From positions 26,660,001 to 26,724,000 of the forward strand of contig OX597839.1 of assembly GCA_951406725.2 (NCBI GenBank): a DNA stretch of 64,000 bases, in the 5' to 3' direction. A program made the translations under genes and the position numbers. Source of the DNA: Octopus vulgaris (Eukaryota). A model generated the notes under the pieces. That model was not told the origin of the DNA. It saw nothing but the letters and a program-made list of their open reading frames with translations, and ran no database searches. This document shows, piece by piece, positions 26,969 to 41,282 of the stretch. How positions within the stretch are numbered: the first letter of the stretch is position 1; each line of letters opens with the position of its first letter.

Positions 26969-28375
26969 CGACAATGATGATGATGATGATGACGACGACA
27001 ATGATGATGATGAGGAGGATGATGATGATGATAATGATGATGAGGAGGATGACGACAATGATGATAATGATGATGAGGAGGATGACGACAATGATGATGA
27101 GGATGATGATGATGATGGACAGAAAAGTGTGTTTGGAGAAGGAGAGTGTTTGTGGAGAGAATGCTTTGAGTGAATGGCGGCTACTCTAAGCCTGAAGCCG
27201 TGGGCTGGCAAGCAACTGTTAAGATGACTCATGTCAAACTATCCAACAAGTGCCAGAATGGAAAATGGACGTCAAACAATGACGACGGTGATGGCGGTGG
27301 CGGTGGTGGTGGTGGCGGTGGTGGTGGTGGTGGTGATGGTGATGATGATACTGATGATGGTGGTTATGACGGCGATGATGATGGTGGTGGTGGTGCATTT
27401 TAATCTGTCTTCGTGATGTCCTCTTCATCCAGTGCTTCTTCTGTTGCAAATAAAAGAGAGCGCTGATTGTTGTTGTTGCTGTTGTTGTTGTTGCTGTTGT
27501 TTGTTAAATGGAACAGGATCTCTGTAGAGTTATGCAATTACGTTCTCTCTCTCTCTCTCTCTCTCTGTTTTTTTGTTGTTGTTGTTTGTTTTTGTCTTTA
27601 TTTGTTATTGTTAATCGTTAGCGGCAGCCTTTTCCTTTTCCTTTTACCTTTTTTTTTTTTGTTTTTTGCTTTTCCCTTATGTAAACAATGGAAGTAACAT
27701 CATCGCCATTTCCCCCACCACTACCACCACCACCACCATCACCACAACTACTACTATTACCATTACTGTCAGAGTCAGCATCGCCACCACCACGACCACC
27801 ACGATGATGATGATGATGCTGATGATGTTGATGCCGACAACCATATCATCATCATCATCAACATCATCATACCACCACTACCGTCATCATCATCATAATT
27901 AGCACTACTATCACCACAACGAGCAAACCCCCCACATCACTACCGGGGGGGGGGAATAGGGGGCGGGTAGGGGTGTGGTGTGGAGGGGGTAGGGGCAGCT
28001 TGTCACCAATGCCACCATGACCACGACCATCACCATCGTCGTGGTCATCACCACCACCACCACCATCATGGCCGCCACCGCCGGTGGGGGGTGGGGGATC
28101 CGCCGCCGCCGCCTCCGCTATCAAGTCCTCTTCATTATCTAGGTCAGTCCATGTAAACACTAGATTCCATCCCATCATGCGTCACTTCGAAAGTTTCAGG
28201 GTGGAATTACTACACACAGCCATTCTTTCCTTCTCTGTTTAGTCTAGTTTACCCCCACCCACACATCCCCACCCTGTTGCCACCCCACCGCTCTCCCTTC
28301 TCTCCCTCTCTCTCTCCCTCATATTCCCCTCATGCTTTCATACACATATTCATTAATTCTCCTTTATAAACATAT

Positions 28376-28459
<84 letters not shown>

Positions 28460-29324
28460 ACATATATACTTTCAAGTACACATGCACACTTTCATTCACT
28501 CTCTCCCACCCCACGCACAAGCATTTTCCCTGTCCCCCACCACATATTTGTATGTATGTGTATGTGGGTGTTTGTATATATGTATATATATGTGTCTATA
28601 TATATATATATTTATATATATGTACATATATATATACATATATGTATAAACACACATATATATATGTACATATGTATATGTATGTATGTATGTTCATACA
28701 TGTATATGTATGTGTACACATGCATTTATAGTATATGTTTGTAATATATATATATATATATATATGCACACATACATGCACACACTTACATCCCCACGTG
28801 CACACAAACACACACAAACGCACACACACAGAGAATATGGCTGATATGGAACCAGGAAGAAAGTTGTTCAAATGAGTATTCAATACACAAGTAAAATGTG
28901 AATGTGTGTATAATATATGAAAATATGTGTGTGTGTGTGTGACTGTATATAATCAGAAAGTATGACTGCGTTAGTCATTTATTGTAAATGTAAGAAATGA
29001 GCACAAATGACAAAAGTACATGTCAAACGTTACAAGTAAACAAAGCAAATGGAAATTAACCCTTCATCTGCTGTCTCACAAAGGATTATAGCAGTTTTGG
29101 CACCTTTACAGAACTGCATTTCCTGAGGATATTACCTATCATTGGAAATGGTTGTTATGTATTAGATGCAGTGGAAATGGGAAGAAGAAATTGGAAAAAC
29201 ATAATTTAGTCTTAATAACTGGAATGGAGGGAAAAGAACAGAAGGAAGGAGTTACAGGATAGAAAAAAAAAGAAAGACAGTTTTTTTGTGTGTGAAATCA
29301 TTATAGAAGTTATATATATCTGTT

Positions 29325-29960
29325 ACTCTTTACTCTTTTACTTGTTTCAGTCAGTTGACTGTGGCCATGCTGGAGCACTGCCTTTAGTCGAGCAAGTCGA
29401 CCCCAGGACTTTGTAAGCCTAGTACTTATTCTATCGGTCCCTTTTGCCGAACCGCTAAGTTATGGGGACGTAAACACACCAGCATTGGTTGCCAAGCGAT
29501 TGGGGGGGGGGGAACCCAAACACATACATGCACATACATATATATATATTCTCTTTTACTCTTTTACTTGTTTCAGTCATTTGACTGCGGCCATGCTGGA
29601 GCACCACCTTTAGTCGAGCAAATCGACCCCGGGACTTATTCTTTGTAAGCCCAGTACTTATTCTATCGGTCTCTTTTTGCCGAACCGCTAAGTGACAGGG
29701 ACATAAACACACCAGCATCGGTTGTCAAGCAATGGTAGGGGGACAAACACAAACACTCACACACATACACACATATATATATATACATATATACGACGGG
29801 CTTCTTTCAGTTTCTGTCTACCAAATCCACTCACAAGGCTTTGGTCAGCCTGAGGCCATAGTAGAAGACACTTGCCCAATGTGCCATGCAGTGGGACTGA
29901 ACCCGGAACCATGTGGTTGGTAAGCAAGCTACTTACCACACAGCCACTCCTACGCCTATG
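29325..29960 (-). mobile_element. Family A SINEs (3' fragment plus a full copy at 29550-29960)
   Basis: Match to family A. Confidence 0.9.
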
Positions 29961-30286
29961 TGTTGTTTATAATGAAAGTAAAATGAGGTGAAAGAACACC
30001 ATTTTCATTCACACCTCACTTGTTTACCCTCTTTCTTTTGTGTTCTTCAGAAAGCAAATAAACAAGGTTGTACATTAGTTGATATAAGAAAACAGGATTG
30101 TTTAAAGTATAAATACTTCAGAGACACCAGTTACACTAGAAATAATATTTAATTCTGTGTTAACATATGTAGATGCAAACATGGGTGTGTTGTTAAGAAT
30201 TTCTGCTTCTGAACTGCATGGGTTTGGGTTCTGTCCTGTTGCATGGCTTCAAGATCAAGTGTCCCCCACTGTAGATCCTAGGCCAT

Positions 30287-30673
30287 GTGGAGGCGCAATG
30301 GCCCAGTGGTTAGGGCAGCGGACTCGCGGTCGTAGGATCGCGGTTTCGATTCCCAGACCGGGCGTTGTGAATGTTTATTGAGCGAAAACACCTAAAAGCT
30401 CCACGAGGCTCCGCCAGGGGATGGTGGTGATCCCTGCTGTACTCTTTCACCACAACTCTCTCTCTCTCTCTTACTTCCTGTTTCTGTTGTACCTGTATTT
30501 CAAAGGGCCGGCCTTGTCACTCTCTGTGTCACGCTGAATATCCCCGAGAACTATGTTAAGGGTACACGTGTCTGTGGAGTGCTCAGCCACTTACACGTTA
30601 ATTTCATGAGCAGGCTGTTCCATTGATCGGATCAACCGGAACCCTCGTCGTCGGAACCGACCGAGTGCTTCCA
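30287..30673 (+). mobile_element. Family D SINE nested in an old family A copy
   Basis: Near-identical to 26020-26408; flanked by AGATCCTAGGCCA / AGATTCTAGGCCA. Confidence 0.9.
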
Positions 30674-31133
30674 GATTCTAGGCCAACCAAAAGCCTTATA
30701 AGAAAATTTGGTGGATGGAAACTAAAAGGGGCCAATGATTTATTTTCTGTCAAAAAGTGTTTTTTAACCCCAAACCTTTTATCTTTTACCATTTATTGTC
30801 ATTTGTTTCATTCATTAGACTGTGGCCATGCTGGGGCGCCGTCTTGAAGAAATTTAGTTGAACAAATTGACCCCCTGGTGCTTATTTTTGATTCTGTTGG
30901 TCTCTTTTCCTATTAAGTTTTAGGGATGTAAATGCACTAACAGTGGTTGTCAAGCAATGAGTTGGGTGGGGGGAAACAGACACAAAGACACACAGACATA
31001 TATATGTGTGTGTGTGTGTGTTTATGTGTATGTGTGTGTGTGTTGATGTTTATGTGTGTGTGTGTGCATGTATTTGTGTGTGTTTAAAAAAACTTTTCTT
31101 TTAATTTTTCCAAATTTAATTATTTCATCGTTA

Positions 31134-31171
31134 CAGTTGAAAAGGTCTCAAAATGACCGAAACCGGTACTG
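31134..31171 (+). ncRNA. Hammerhead motif with U3-A8 swapped core
   Basis: CAG-TTGAAAA-GGTC tcaaaat GACC-GAAA-CCGG-TA-CTG: stems I, II and III intact, GUA triplet. Confidence 0.65.
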
Positions 31172-31370
31172 AAATGTTCTTTATAAAATTATTTTAGCAT
31201 TTTCTATTTTGACTTGTTTTTTCATATATATCAACTCCTGTGTTCCTTTTCACCCTTATACATATATATATATCAGTATATATATATATATATATACTTT
31301 TTAGTATGTGACCTTGTCTGTATCACTAGCGATTTTTTTCTTCCCTTCTCGGGATCTTTCCTTCTCCTAT

Positions 31371-31405
31371 GTTTCCAACGAAGAGCTCCGCTCGAAACGT
31401 CAAAC
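31371..31405 (+). ncRNA. Degenerate hammerhead motif in a Penelope-like terminus
   Basis: GTTT-CCAACGA-A-GAGC tcc GCTC-GAAA-CG-TC-AAAC: stems and GUC intact, core mutated. Confidence 0.55.
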
Positions 31406-31495
31406 CCTCCTTCTTCCCTTAGCGTCCAATAATACTTTATTTGTTCCACGTCCTTGCGTTGTTGTTTTTTTGTTTTTGTTTTCTTGTTTGGATTA

Positions 31496-31584
<89 letters not shown>

Positions 31585-32159
31585 ACACACACGCACATAG
31601 ATATATTTGCATTTTGAAATGATTTAAGTATTATAATCAATTTTTGTAAAACACATCCTCACGTGCATCTCTCTCTCTCTCTCTCTCTCCCTCTCTCTCT
31701 CTCTCCCTGTTTCTCTCTCTTCCTTATCATTTCTATATATAGAACACCACTACAAAGACCTCCTCATGGTTATTTCTCAAGTTCCATTTCTCCAGATAGT
31801 AATTGTTGTCACCTCCCGCCTCCCACCACCACCACCACCACATAGTCATCATCACCATCAACATCATCATCATCTGCACCATTGTCGGCGTCGTCATTGC
31901 CTTTGTTGTCACCAACGTCATCATAAACACTGCCACATCGTCATCATCTGCACCAGCACCGCTGCAGCCACCACCACCACCACCACCACCATCCCCTTCA
32001 TCATCATCATCATGTACAAGAGCACTGCCACCGCCGCCACCACCATCCCCTTCATCATCATCATCATGTACAAGAGCACTGCCACCGCCGCCACCACCAT
32101 CATCATCATCACTGTCATCATCACCACCACCACCACCATTATCATCATCATCATCATCT

Positions 32160-32422
32160 ATGAGAACGCTACGACCATCACCATCACCACAGTCGTTGTC
32201 CTCCTCGTCCTCCTCATCCACATCACCATCATCACAACCACCACCACCATCACTAAGACACCCATCATCATCATCATCTCCACCACCACCACCACCACCC
32301 TCATCATCACCAATGGCAACAGGAGCCGCCAGGACAGTGGTGGGAAATGGCGATGTCACCATTCACAAGAAACAGCTTTCAGCCCAGCATGGTTTATGGA
32401 CTTGTGGTGGTGCCTGGTCAGG
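32160..32422 (+). CDS. Putative coding exon of an unidentified gene (5' boundary uncertain)
   Basis: Ser/Pro-rich frame leading into ...MATGAARTVVGNGDVTIHKKQLSAQHGLWTCGGAWS-G; donor GG|GTAAGG at 32422/32423 (phase 2) matches the phase-2 acceptor at 44644. In-frame ATGs at 32160 and 32313; possible acceptor TTTCTCCAG| at 31795. Confidence 0.5.
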
Positions 32423-32742
32423 GTAAGGATGGGAAATGCTTGGATGGCGAGGGCAGGGGTGGGCGGGGGGAAGGGGGGTTATGTGTGTGAGAGGGGTGGG
32501 GTGGGGGAGCTCACCATGCAGGATGGGAAATTCTTCTCTTTATGTCTACAGATGTCACCGTGAGAGGGTGTGTGTGTGTGTGTGTGTGTTTGTGTGTGCA
32601 TGTGTTTGTATATGTGTATGTGTGTGAAAGTGTGAGTGAATGTGTGTGTGTGTTTGTGTGTGCATGTATTTGTGTGTGTTTGTGTGAAAGTGTATGTGAA
32701 TGTGTGTGTGTGTTTATGTGTGTGTGTGTGTCTGCGCATGTA

Positions 32743-32780
<38 letters not shown>

Positions 32781-33035
32781 TGTGTGTGTGTGTGAAAGTG
32801 TTTGTGTGTGTGTTTGCATCTGTGTGTTTGCGTGTGTGTGTGTTTGCATGTGTGTGTGTTTGCATCTGTGTGTTTCTGTGTGTGTGTGTGTGTATGCGTG
32901 CATGTGTGTATTTGTTAGTCTGTGTGTCTATGTGTTTGTGTGAAAGTGTATGTGAATGTGTGTTGTGTGTGTGCATGTGTGTGTTTGTATCTGTGTTTCT
33001 GTGTGTGTGTATTTCTGAGTCTCTGTGTCTTTGTA

Positions 33036-33072
<37 letters not shown>

Positions 33073-33084
33073 TTGTGTGTGTAT

Positions 33085-33136
<52 letters not shown>

Positions 33137-34201
33137 TTGTGTGTGTATGTGTGTTTGTGTCTGTGTGTTTGTGTCTGTGTGTGTATGTGTTTGTGTGTGT
33201 ATGTGTGTTTGTGTGTGTGTATGTTTGTGTGTGTATATGTGTATGTGTGTATGTGTTTGTGTGTGTATGTGTTTGTATGTGTATGTGTCTGTGTGTGTAT
33301 GTGTTCCAGGTAGAAGGTGTGGAAGGATCCTTTCTTTTTGGATTCGTTTCAGTCATTTGGCACTGGCCATGCTGGGGCTCCTCCGCCTAAAATGAATCGA
33401 ACTCGGTACTTACGGTCTTCCTTTAAGTCAGAAAGTCATTCTATTGATCTCTTTTGCCAAACTGCTAGGTTGTGGGAATGTAAACATACCAACACCGGTT
33501 GCCAAGCAGTGCTGGAGCCAAACACACACTAACACATACACGTTCACGATGAGCTTCTTTCAGTTTCCATCTACCAAATCCACTCACAAAGCTTTGGTTG
33601 GCCCAAGGCTACAAAAGAAGACACTTGCCCAAGGTGCCATGCAGTGGGACTGAACCCAGAACCACTCAGCAGCGTGGTTGACCACATCCACTGGTCAACC
33701 AGTGTTGATGTGTTTGCATCCCTGTCATTCGACTAAAGTGGTGCTCCAACATGACCGTTGTCTAATGACACAAAAAAAGTGGGAAATTGAAGATTAAAGA
33801 TAAACCCCTCTTCAAAATTCTCTGACCCCTTTTATGGGTCCGGACAGAAAATCCAGTTTCTCACGTGTTTAGGGTTACAAACTGATCGTGCTCAGAGATA
33901 TTCGTCCATAGCAAACCGCACCGCACCACACCAAACCAAACCAGACCAAACCGGTTTCGTTTGGATGTCTCAACAGGTTAGACCAGTTGTAGGAGGTTGA
34001 TAAGGGTGAGTTTTGGTGCTGCTGGTGGTAGTTCCGGTTGCAGTGGCGCGATTGTGCCTCCCACTGAGTGTGAAAAGGGTCACAGCATTCACACAAAAGC
34101 TGACTTGTCACCTTGGTTTCAATGAAAGACTGTAATTCAGTGTGTGTGTGTGTTTTATATATATATATATATATATATAGAGATAGATAGATAGATATAT
34201 G

Positions 34202-34244
<43 letters not shown>

Positions 34245-34591
34245 GAGAGAGAGAGAGATTTATGTATATATGTATACACACACACACACATATATATTAT
34301 CATCATCATCATCATCATCATATATATATATATATTTATATACATGATGGGCTTCTTTCAGTTTCCGTCTACTAAATCCACCCATAAGGCTTTGGGTGGC
34401 CCATAGTTATAGTAGAAGACACTTACCTAAGTTGCCACGCAGTGGAACTGAACCCGGAACCATGTGGTTGGGATGCAAGCTTCTTACCACACAGCCACTC
34501 CTGTGCCTAAGATATATATATATATATATATATGTATCTTAAAACAGTATATACATATAAACACATACATGCATACATACATACATACATA

Positions 34592-34638
<47 letters not shown>

Positions 34639-35707
34639 ATATATATGTATGTATATATATATGTATGTATATATATATGTATGTATATATATATGTATGT
34701 ATATATATATGTATGTATATATATATGTATGTATATATATATATATGTATGTATATATATATATATGTATGTATATATATATATATGTATGTATATATAT
34801 ATATATATATATGTATGTATGCATGTCATTATTCAGTTTTATCTCAAGGTTTCTTGCCAATAGAGAAAGAACCGGTTTCTAACCCAGATCCAAGGTTCCT
34901 TCATTGGAATTTCAACATCCACAACAGGGTACTTTTGCTTATATGTATGTATGTATGTATGTATGAATGCAGATTTGTATGTTTTGTCTTTTGTATGTAT
35001 TCTCATGCATATAGTTGCATATCTAGACATGCTCATAAATACTTAAATGATAAACTTCTGAAAAGTTTTACAGATTTTTACAGTTCCACTGACGGATTGG
35101 ATCTGTAGTCTTCGAATTATCTTTCTCGTTTCTGGTTTTGAGAAGCCTAATTTCTCAAGATTGGTATTTAGAGGCAGTGTGTGTGTGTGTATGTATGTAT
35201 GCATGCATATTTTCATAAATATATATTTATTTAACGAACCATGTGCACATGTGCAGATGCCTGCAGGAATGCAAACTTCCAAATGTGTGTTGATGTGGAT
35301 GTACATGTGAACATGTATTTGTGTGTGAGTCTGTGTTTGTACATTCATTGAAAAATGAACATATTTCCATAGCTATTCATATCGTACATGTAGAAACATG
35401 AATCCAACTCTTTTGTAATCTCTCTCTATATAAACGGCAGTTTGTCTGTCTGCGTGTTTAAAAATTGGGGTACTTATATGTACTCATGAATTTTGCTTCG
35501 GCTTTTTTTCTTCCATGGGCGCATGTAAGTATTTCATTTATTTCTTATCGTATTTTCTACTGAAGAGGAAAAAATCTATGAGATTAATTCCAAAATTGAT
35601 TCAATATAAAAATAAAGAAATTAAAAAAAAAAATTCTGTTGACTAGCTTTCCTTGATTTCAGCACAACGTATTTCTGTAGTGAGTATATAATAAGTTGTA
35701 TATATAT

Positions 35708-35986
35708 ACTAGCAGCATCGCCCGGCGTTGCTCGGGTTTGTAAGGGAAATAACTATATAAGCATTTTTAGAGAGTTACTTCCCTTATATAATAGCGAAAA
35801 AATGGCAAAAAATGATGGTAATTTTTTTTTTAAATCGTAGACGCGCACTAATACCCAGAAGGGATCGATATGAATCACGACTATACGATACCCGGTTTTG
35901 GTTACACGGCACCACAAAATGTGGGAGTAGTTAGGAATCTAAATCGTAGGAGACAGACACTCACACAACTTCAGTTTTATATATAA

Positions 35987-35990
<4 letters not shown>
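35708..35990 (+). mobile_element. Non-autonomous Helitron/Helentron-like element
   Basis: Starts ACTAGCAGCATCGCCCGGCGTTGCTCGGG (hairpin) and ends CAACTTCAGTTTTATATATA; related ends at ~40810 and 41351-41747. Confidence 0.65.
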
Positions 35991-36028
<38 letters not shown>

Positions 36029-36796
36029 TCTAAAAATTTCTATATTCGCTATTGAAGTTGTTTGATCTACTGAGCTGCCTACGCATTGAATAATTGAACT
36101 GACATGTAAGTGACCCACTGTTCGTCAGACACACGTGCTACCTATTTTAATATTCAGGTACACACAAAACCAAACCAAAAACAAAAAAAGATCCATATTG
36201 CACAGCGTATGTAACCAGACCACCCTTCTGTTTTAATTACAAGTGCAGCGCAGCTAGAGTTTTTTTTTTTTTCTTTTTTTTCCCTGTCCCTCATTTATGT
36301 ACAATAGAAAGCAACACGTTTATACAAATATCTTGGGTTTTTTTTTCTTTTTCCCCCCTTTCTGAAAACGTTTGTATCTGATAAACATGAACTGAAAGAG
36401 AAAGCAACAAGTCTCACCAGTTGCTACAACAAGAAACTGGCCTGTCGCCGCCGCCGTCGTCACCATTGCAATTGATGTGTCTGTTATCCTGGGTTTTTTG
36501 TTGTTGTTGTGTTTGTTGTTATTGTTTCAAACATTCTTGGGAAAAAAAAAACAGTAGAAATAAAAAAAAAAATAATAAAAAAAATAAAAATAATAATAAT
36601 AATAACGATGTAAAAGGTTGCTTGCACTCTTAACTGCCAAGCAATATCGCTTTGATGTTGTGAAAAGCTGGAAACTGGCTAACAAAGTTTGTTTAACACG
36701 CACACACACATGTATGTGTGTGAATGTGTGTGTATGTACATGCATGTGTGTGTATATGTCTCTCTCTTTTTCTCTCTACATCTGTCTTTGCGGGTG

Positions 36797-36848
<52 letters not shown>

Positions 36849-36873
36849 TATGTTTGTCTCTCTCTTTCTCTGT

Positions 36874-36932
<59 letters not shown>

Positions 36933-36947
36933 TCTCTCTTTCTCTGT

Positions 36948-37004
<57 letters not shown>

Positions 37005-37016
37005 TATATATATATA

Positions 37017-37134
<118 letters not shown>

Positions 37135-37173
37135 TATATATAAATATATGTGTGTGTTTGTCTCTCTCTGTAT

Positions 37174-37221
<48 letters not shown>

Positions 37222-38224
37222 ATGGGGATACTCAAACAGTGGGCAGAAGTTATGTAAACATGTATCGCCCCCCCCCCCCCACTGCCCTCCATCGAATGAA
37301 GTTGACGCATTAACACCGCTAAAAGTACTCGATAAGATATTCGCAGTCAGTACATTTCGAGACGTGACTCAGATGCGTGATTCCTCTCATGTAGTGTGTA
37401 TATATATACACGTGTGTATGTATATGTATATATATATATGTATGTATAAATATATCACCTGGTATAAAAAAAAAAATTTTTTAAAACCCACCGCCACCCT
37501 TAATACCCTCCCTCTCGGTTGCGGTGGGGAAGGGTCTTGCCTTGCAGGTACTCCTTGGTGACCTCAGTGGTGTTGGTGCCACTTGAAAATGCTCCAGGCC
37601 CACTTTGTAAAGTGATTGGGGTTAGGAAGGGCATGCAGGTATAGAAACTATGTTAAAGCATACAGCAGGGCTCTGCCCCGCCCTCAGGCTTGCGAACTCG
37701 TGTTGAATCGTCCGATCCGTGCCAGCGTGGAAAGCGGACCAACGATGGTGATGATGATGATGGTGATGTGTATGTGTATATATCTGTGTGTGTGTGTGTA
37801 TTCTTTTATTCTTTTACCTCTTTCAGTCATTTGACTGCGGCCATGCTGGAGCACCGCCTTTAGTCGAGCAAATTGTCTCCTAGGACTCATTCTTTGTAAG
37901 CCCGGCACTTTTTGTTTCAAACTGCTAAGTGACGGGGACATAAACACGCCAACATCGGTTGTCAAGCGATGGTGTCGGGACAAACACAGACACAAATAAC
38001 AAATACATACATACATACATACACAGGTACATACATACATACATACAAACATACATACATACATACATACATACATACATACATACATACATACATACAT
38101 ACATACATACATACATACATACATACATACACATACATACATACATACATACACACACATACATACATACATACATACATACATACATACATACATACAT
38201 ACATACATACATACATACATACAT

Positions 38225-38261
<37 letters not shown>

Positions 38262-38398
38262 TACATACATACATACATACATGCATAGATACATACACAC
38301 ACACACACAAACATACATACATACATACATACACACACACATACATACACACATACATACATACACACATACATACACACATACATACATACATACAT

Positions 38399-38471
<73 letters not shown>

Positions 38472-38752
38472 TACGAAATCCACTGGCAAGGCTCTGGGCT
38501 TCAGTCTGTTTGAGGCTTTAGTAGAAGGTACTTGCTCTGAACGTGGAACAATGAGGTTAGGAAGCAAGCTTCTTGTCATATGGTCATGCCTGTGCTTCTT
38601 ATGTATATATGTATATATGTTTATATATATAACTTTCTCACACTTAAAAGGGTCAGATGGAATGTATTGGGGCAGATTTTCTTCGTCTGGATGCCCTTGG
38701 TGTTGCCAACTTTTGTATGTGGATATCCTTGTCTCCGCTTTTACAAGTGGGT

Positions 38753-39108
38753 ATCCTTGTCACCATTTATGTATCCTTCTGTACGTTGGATATACAGATT
38801 TCACAAATCCGGGATAGACACAACTGTCTTCACATAACGTACTTCCATTTACTCCACTAAACACGATGCTTCAATAAATACACGCTCTCAACGATCTCAA
38901 CGACTCTTATGACTCCCATGAACTCTCAACGACTCCTACGACTCTCCTCGCCCAACCAATACGCCTACTTTTCATAAGAGTTCGTTCAGCTAGTCCATTT
39001 TTCCAATCCCACAGGGGTGCCAATGACTCTCGCCACAACACCCAACCCTGACAGTTCCGAGACCTTTTAAGGTGATGAATCTTTCTCATGGGTACCCCAC
39101 CCCCGACA
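38753..39108 (-). mobile_element. Probable LTR-retrotransposon 5' LTR with primer-binding site
   Basis: On -: TGT...ACA segment (39108 to 38770), then TAAA and TGGTGACAAGGAT, a CpG-decayed match to the tRNA-Ser-type PBS TGGCGACGAGGAT used by many Gypsy elements. Confidence 0.55.
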
Positions 39109-39309
39109 TGTTTTCCCAAGGGAGACTGGAAATAAAGGGACACAATATGCATGGTGGTGATGTTTGTTGGACGTCTGTCACTCCATGTCCAAGGCAAGGC
39201 AGCCCTGACGCCCCTTCAACCCCTCCCCCCCAACTGTAAATCCATGAAGACGTCCAGTTCTATGTGTGATTTTTGTTTTTGCACCATACAAAATCCACAT
39301 CTGCTTTGC

Positions 39310-39932
39310 ATCTACCACCACCACCACCACCACCACCACTACTACTATCACCACCACCACCACCACCACCACCACCACTACTACTATCACCACCACCACC
39401 ACCACCACCACCACCACCACCACCACTACTACTACTATCACCACCACCACCACCACCACTACTACTACTACCACCACCCACCACCACCACCACCACCACC
39501 ACTACTACTACTATCACCACCACCACCACCACCACCACCACCACCACTACTACTATCACCACCACCACCACCACCACTACTACTATCACCACCACCACCA
39601 CCACCACCACTACTACTATCACCACCACCACCACCACCACTACTACTATCACCACCACAACCACCACCACCACCACAACCACCACCACCACCACCACCAC
39701 CACCACCACCACCACCACCACCACCACCACCACCACCACTACAGCTGCTGCTGCTGCTACTACCACTACTACTATCATCACCACTACCATTTCTTCTTCT
39801 ACTACTACTACTACTATCATGTCAATGACAATCACCCCACTACCACTGCACCCACCACCACTATTACCATTACCACTACTCCTATTATTATTACCACCAC
39901 CACAACCACCGTCAACACCACCATTTCTACAG

Positions 39933-39963
<31 letters not shown>

Positions 39964-40140
39964 CACTATTATCTGCACCACAAGCACTACCGCCACCCCT
40001 GCTGCCACCTTCATCTACACTCCCCCCACCCATCATCACTACCAACATGTCCAACACTAACACCACCATCACCACCTGGACCACAACCACCACCACCACC
40101 ACCACCACCACCACCACCACCTCCGCCGCCGCCGCCAACA
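39310..40140. repeat. Compound (CCA)n/(CTA)n low-complexity tract
   Basis: Higher-order (CCA)n(CTA)3TCA units. Confidence 0.9.
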
Positions 40141-40290
40141 CCATGTAGATAATAATACATGTTTCCTGGTGTTTATTTACAAAAGAACTTGTTGCTTTTA
40201 TCCAGCCTCTTCTCCAGAGGGATGTAGATAAAGCTATTTTAGTTTACCTTGCCAACGGGCCTCCTCTCCCTCTCTCTCTCTCTCTCTATA

Positions 40291-40309
40291 CAGTGCTGCC
40301 ACCTGCTGT
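40291..40309 (-). promoter_or_regulatory. Candidate CTCF-like site
   Basis: The - strand reads ACAGCAGGTGGCAGCACTG, close to the CCASYAGRKGGCRS core; unique intronic context. Confidence 0.35.
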
Positions 40310-41282
40310 TTACTAAAAGTAAGCGTTAACATCACTTTGATGATGTTAGCAAACCCCGCAAAAAAAAAAAAAGAAAAATATTTTAATTAACAAATCAAAT
40401 CAAGAAATATTAAACTGAGTTATTTTAATTGCTTAGAATTACATGGAGCTTAAAGTAACGAGAACTAATTTGACAAATGTTTAATTAATTCAAAGGGAGA
40501 GAAAAAAAAATCAAAAGGAAATTTTAAAAAAATGAAAGAAGATAAAAAGAGGTAATGTGGAGGTGGGTGGGGGTGCATTCTTGAAATTTTGATTCATTAA
40601 AAATTAATTCTTCATCATCATCATCATGAGCATCATTGTTTTATTGTCCACTTGTTATTGTCTGCTTTTCCATTCTTGGTTAACTAAGATGGAATGTTTT
40701 TGAGGCAGATGTTGTTCTGTGGCTGGACGCCTTTCCTGTCATCAACCTTCACCTGTAAATTATCTGTGCCATAGCGATGATTCTCAAGACATCAATTATT
40801 TTTTAATAGACTAGCAGTATCGCCCGGCGTTGCTTAGGTTTGTAAGAGATTTTCTATTGCCAGGTGCCCGTCTTATCAGCAACCCTCACCTTATATTTCA
40901 CCTGTCCCATAATGCAACAGTTTTGACCACTTCCTGTGAAGCCCAGCAGAATAAAATTTCCTTACTTGAAGAACAAGTGAGGGTTGGTCACAGGAAGAGT
41001 ATCTACCTGTTGAAGATCCTTTGATAAGTTTTATCCAACACAGATCAATAGAAATGGAAAAAGCAGGTGTAAACACAAAGATGGTAATGATGATGATTCT
41101 GAAGGCATTTAACCATTTGTTAACCATTTTTCTGTTGAAATACACTGATTCTGTTTCAATCCATTTGAGTCAGACGGATGATCAGATGATATTTCTTGAG
41201 TCAGATGATGATTTCTGTAGCTGGATGCTCCTCTCGTCATCAACCTTTACCTGTAAATTACCTGTCCCATAATGCAATAGTT

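Noticed and set aside
26571-27173. Asp-rich 200-aa ORF
   Set aside because: Dominated by a (GAT/GAC)n tract; the N-terminus derives from the triplicated repeat.
33900-34140. Possible - strand exon (SFIETKVTSQLLCECC...)
   Set aside because: No partner exon, weak splice signals and no recognisable domain.
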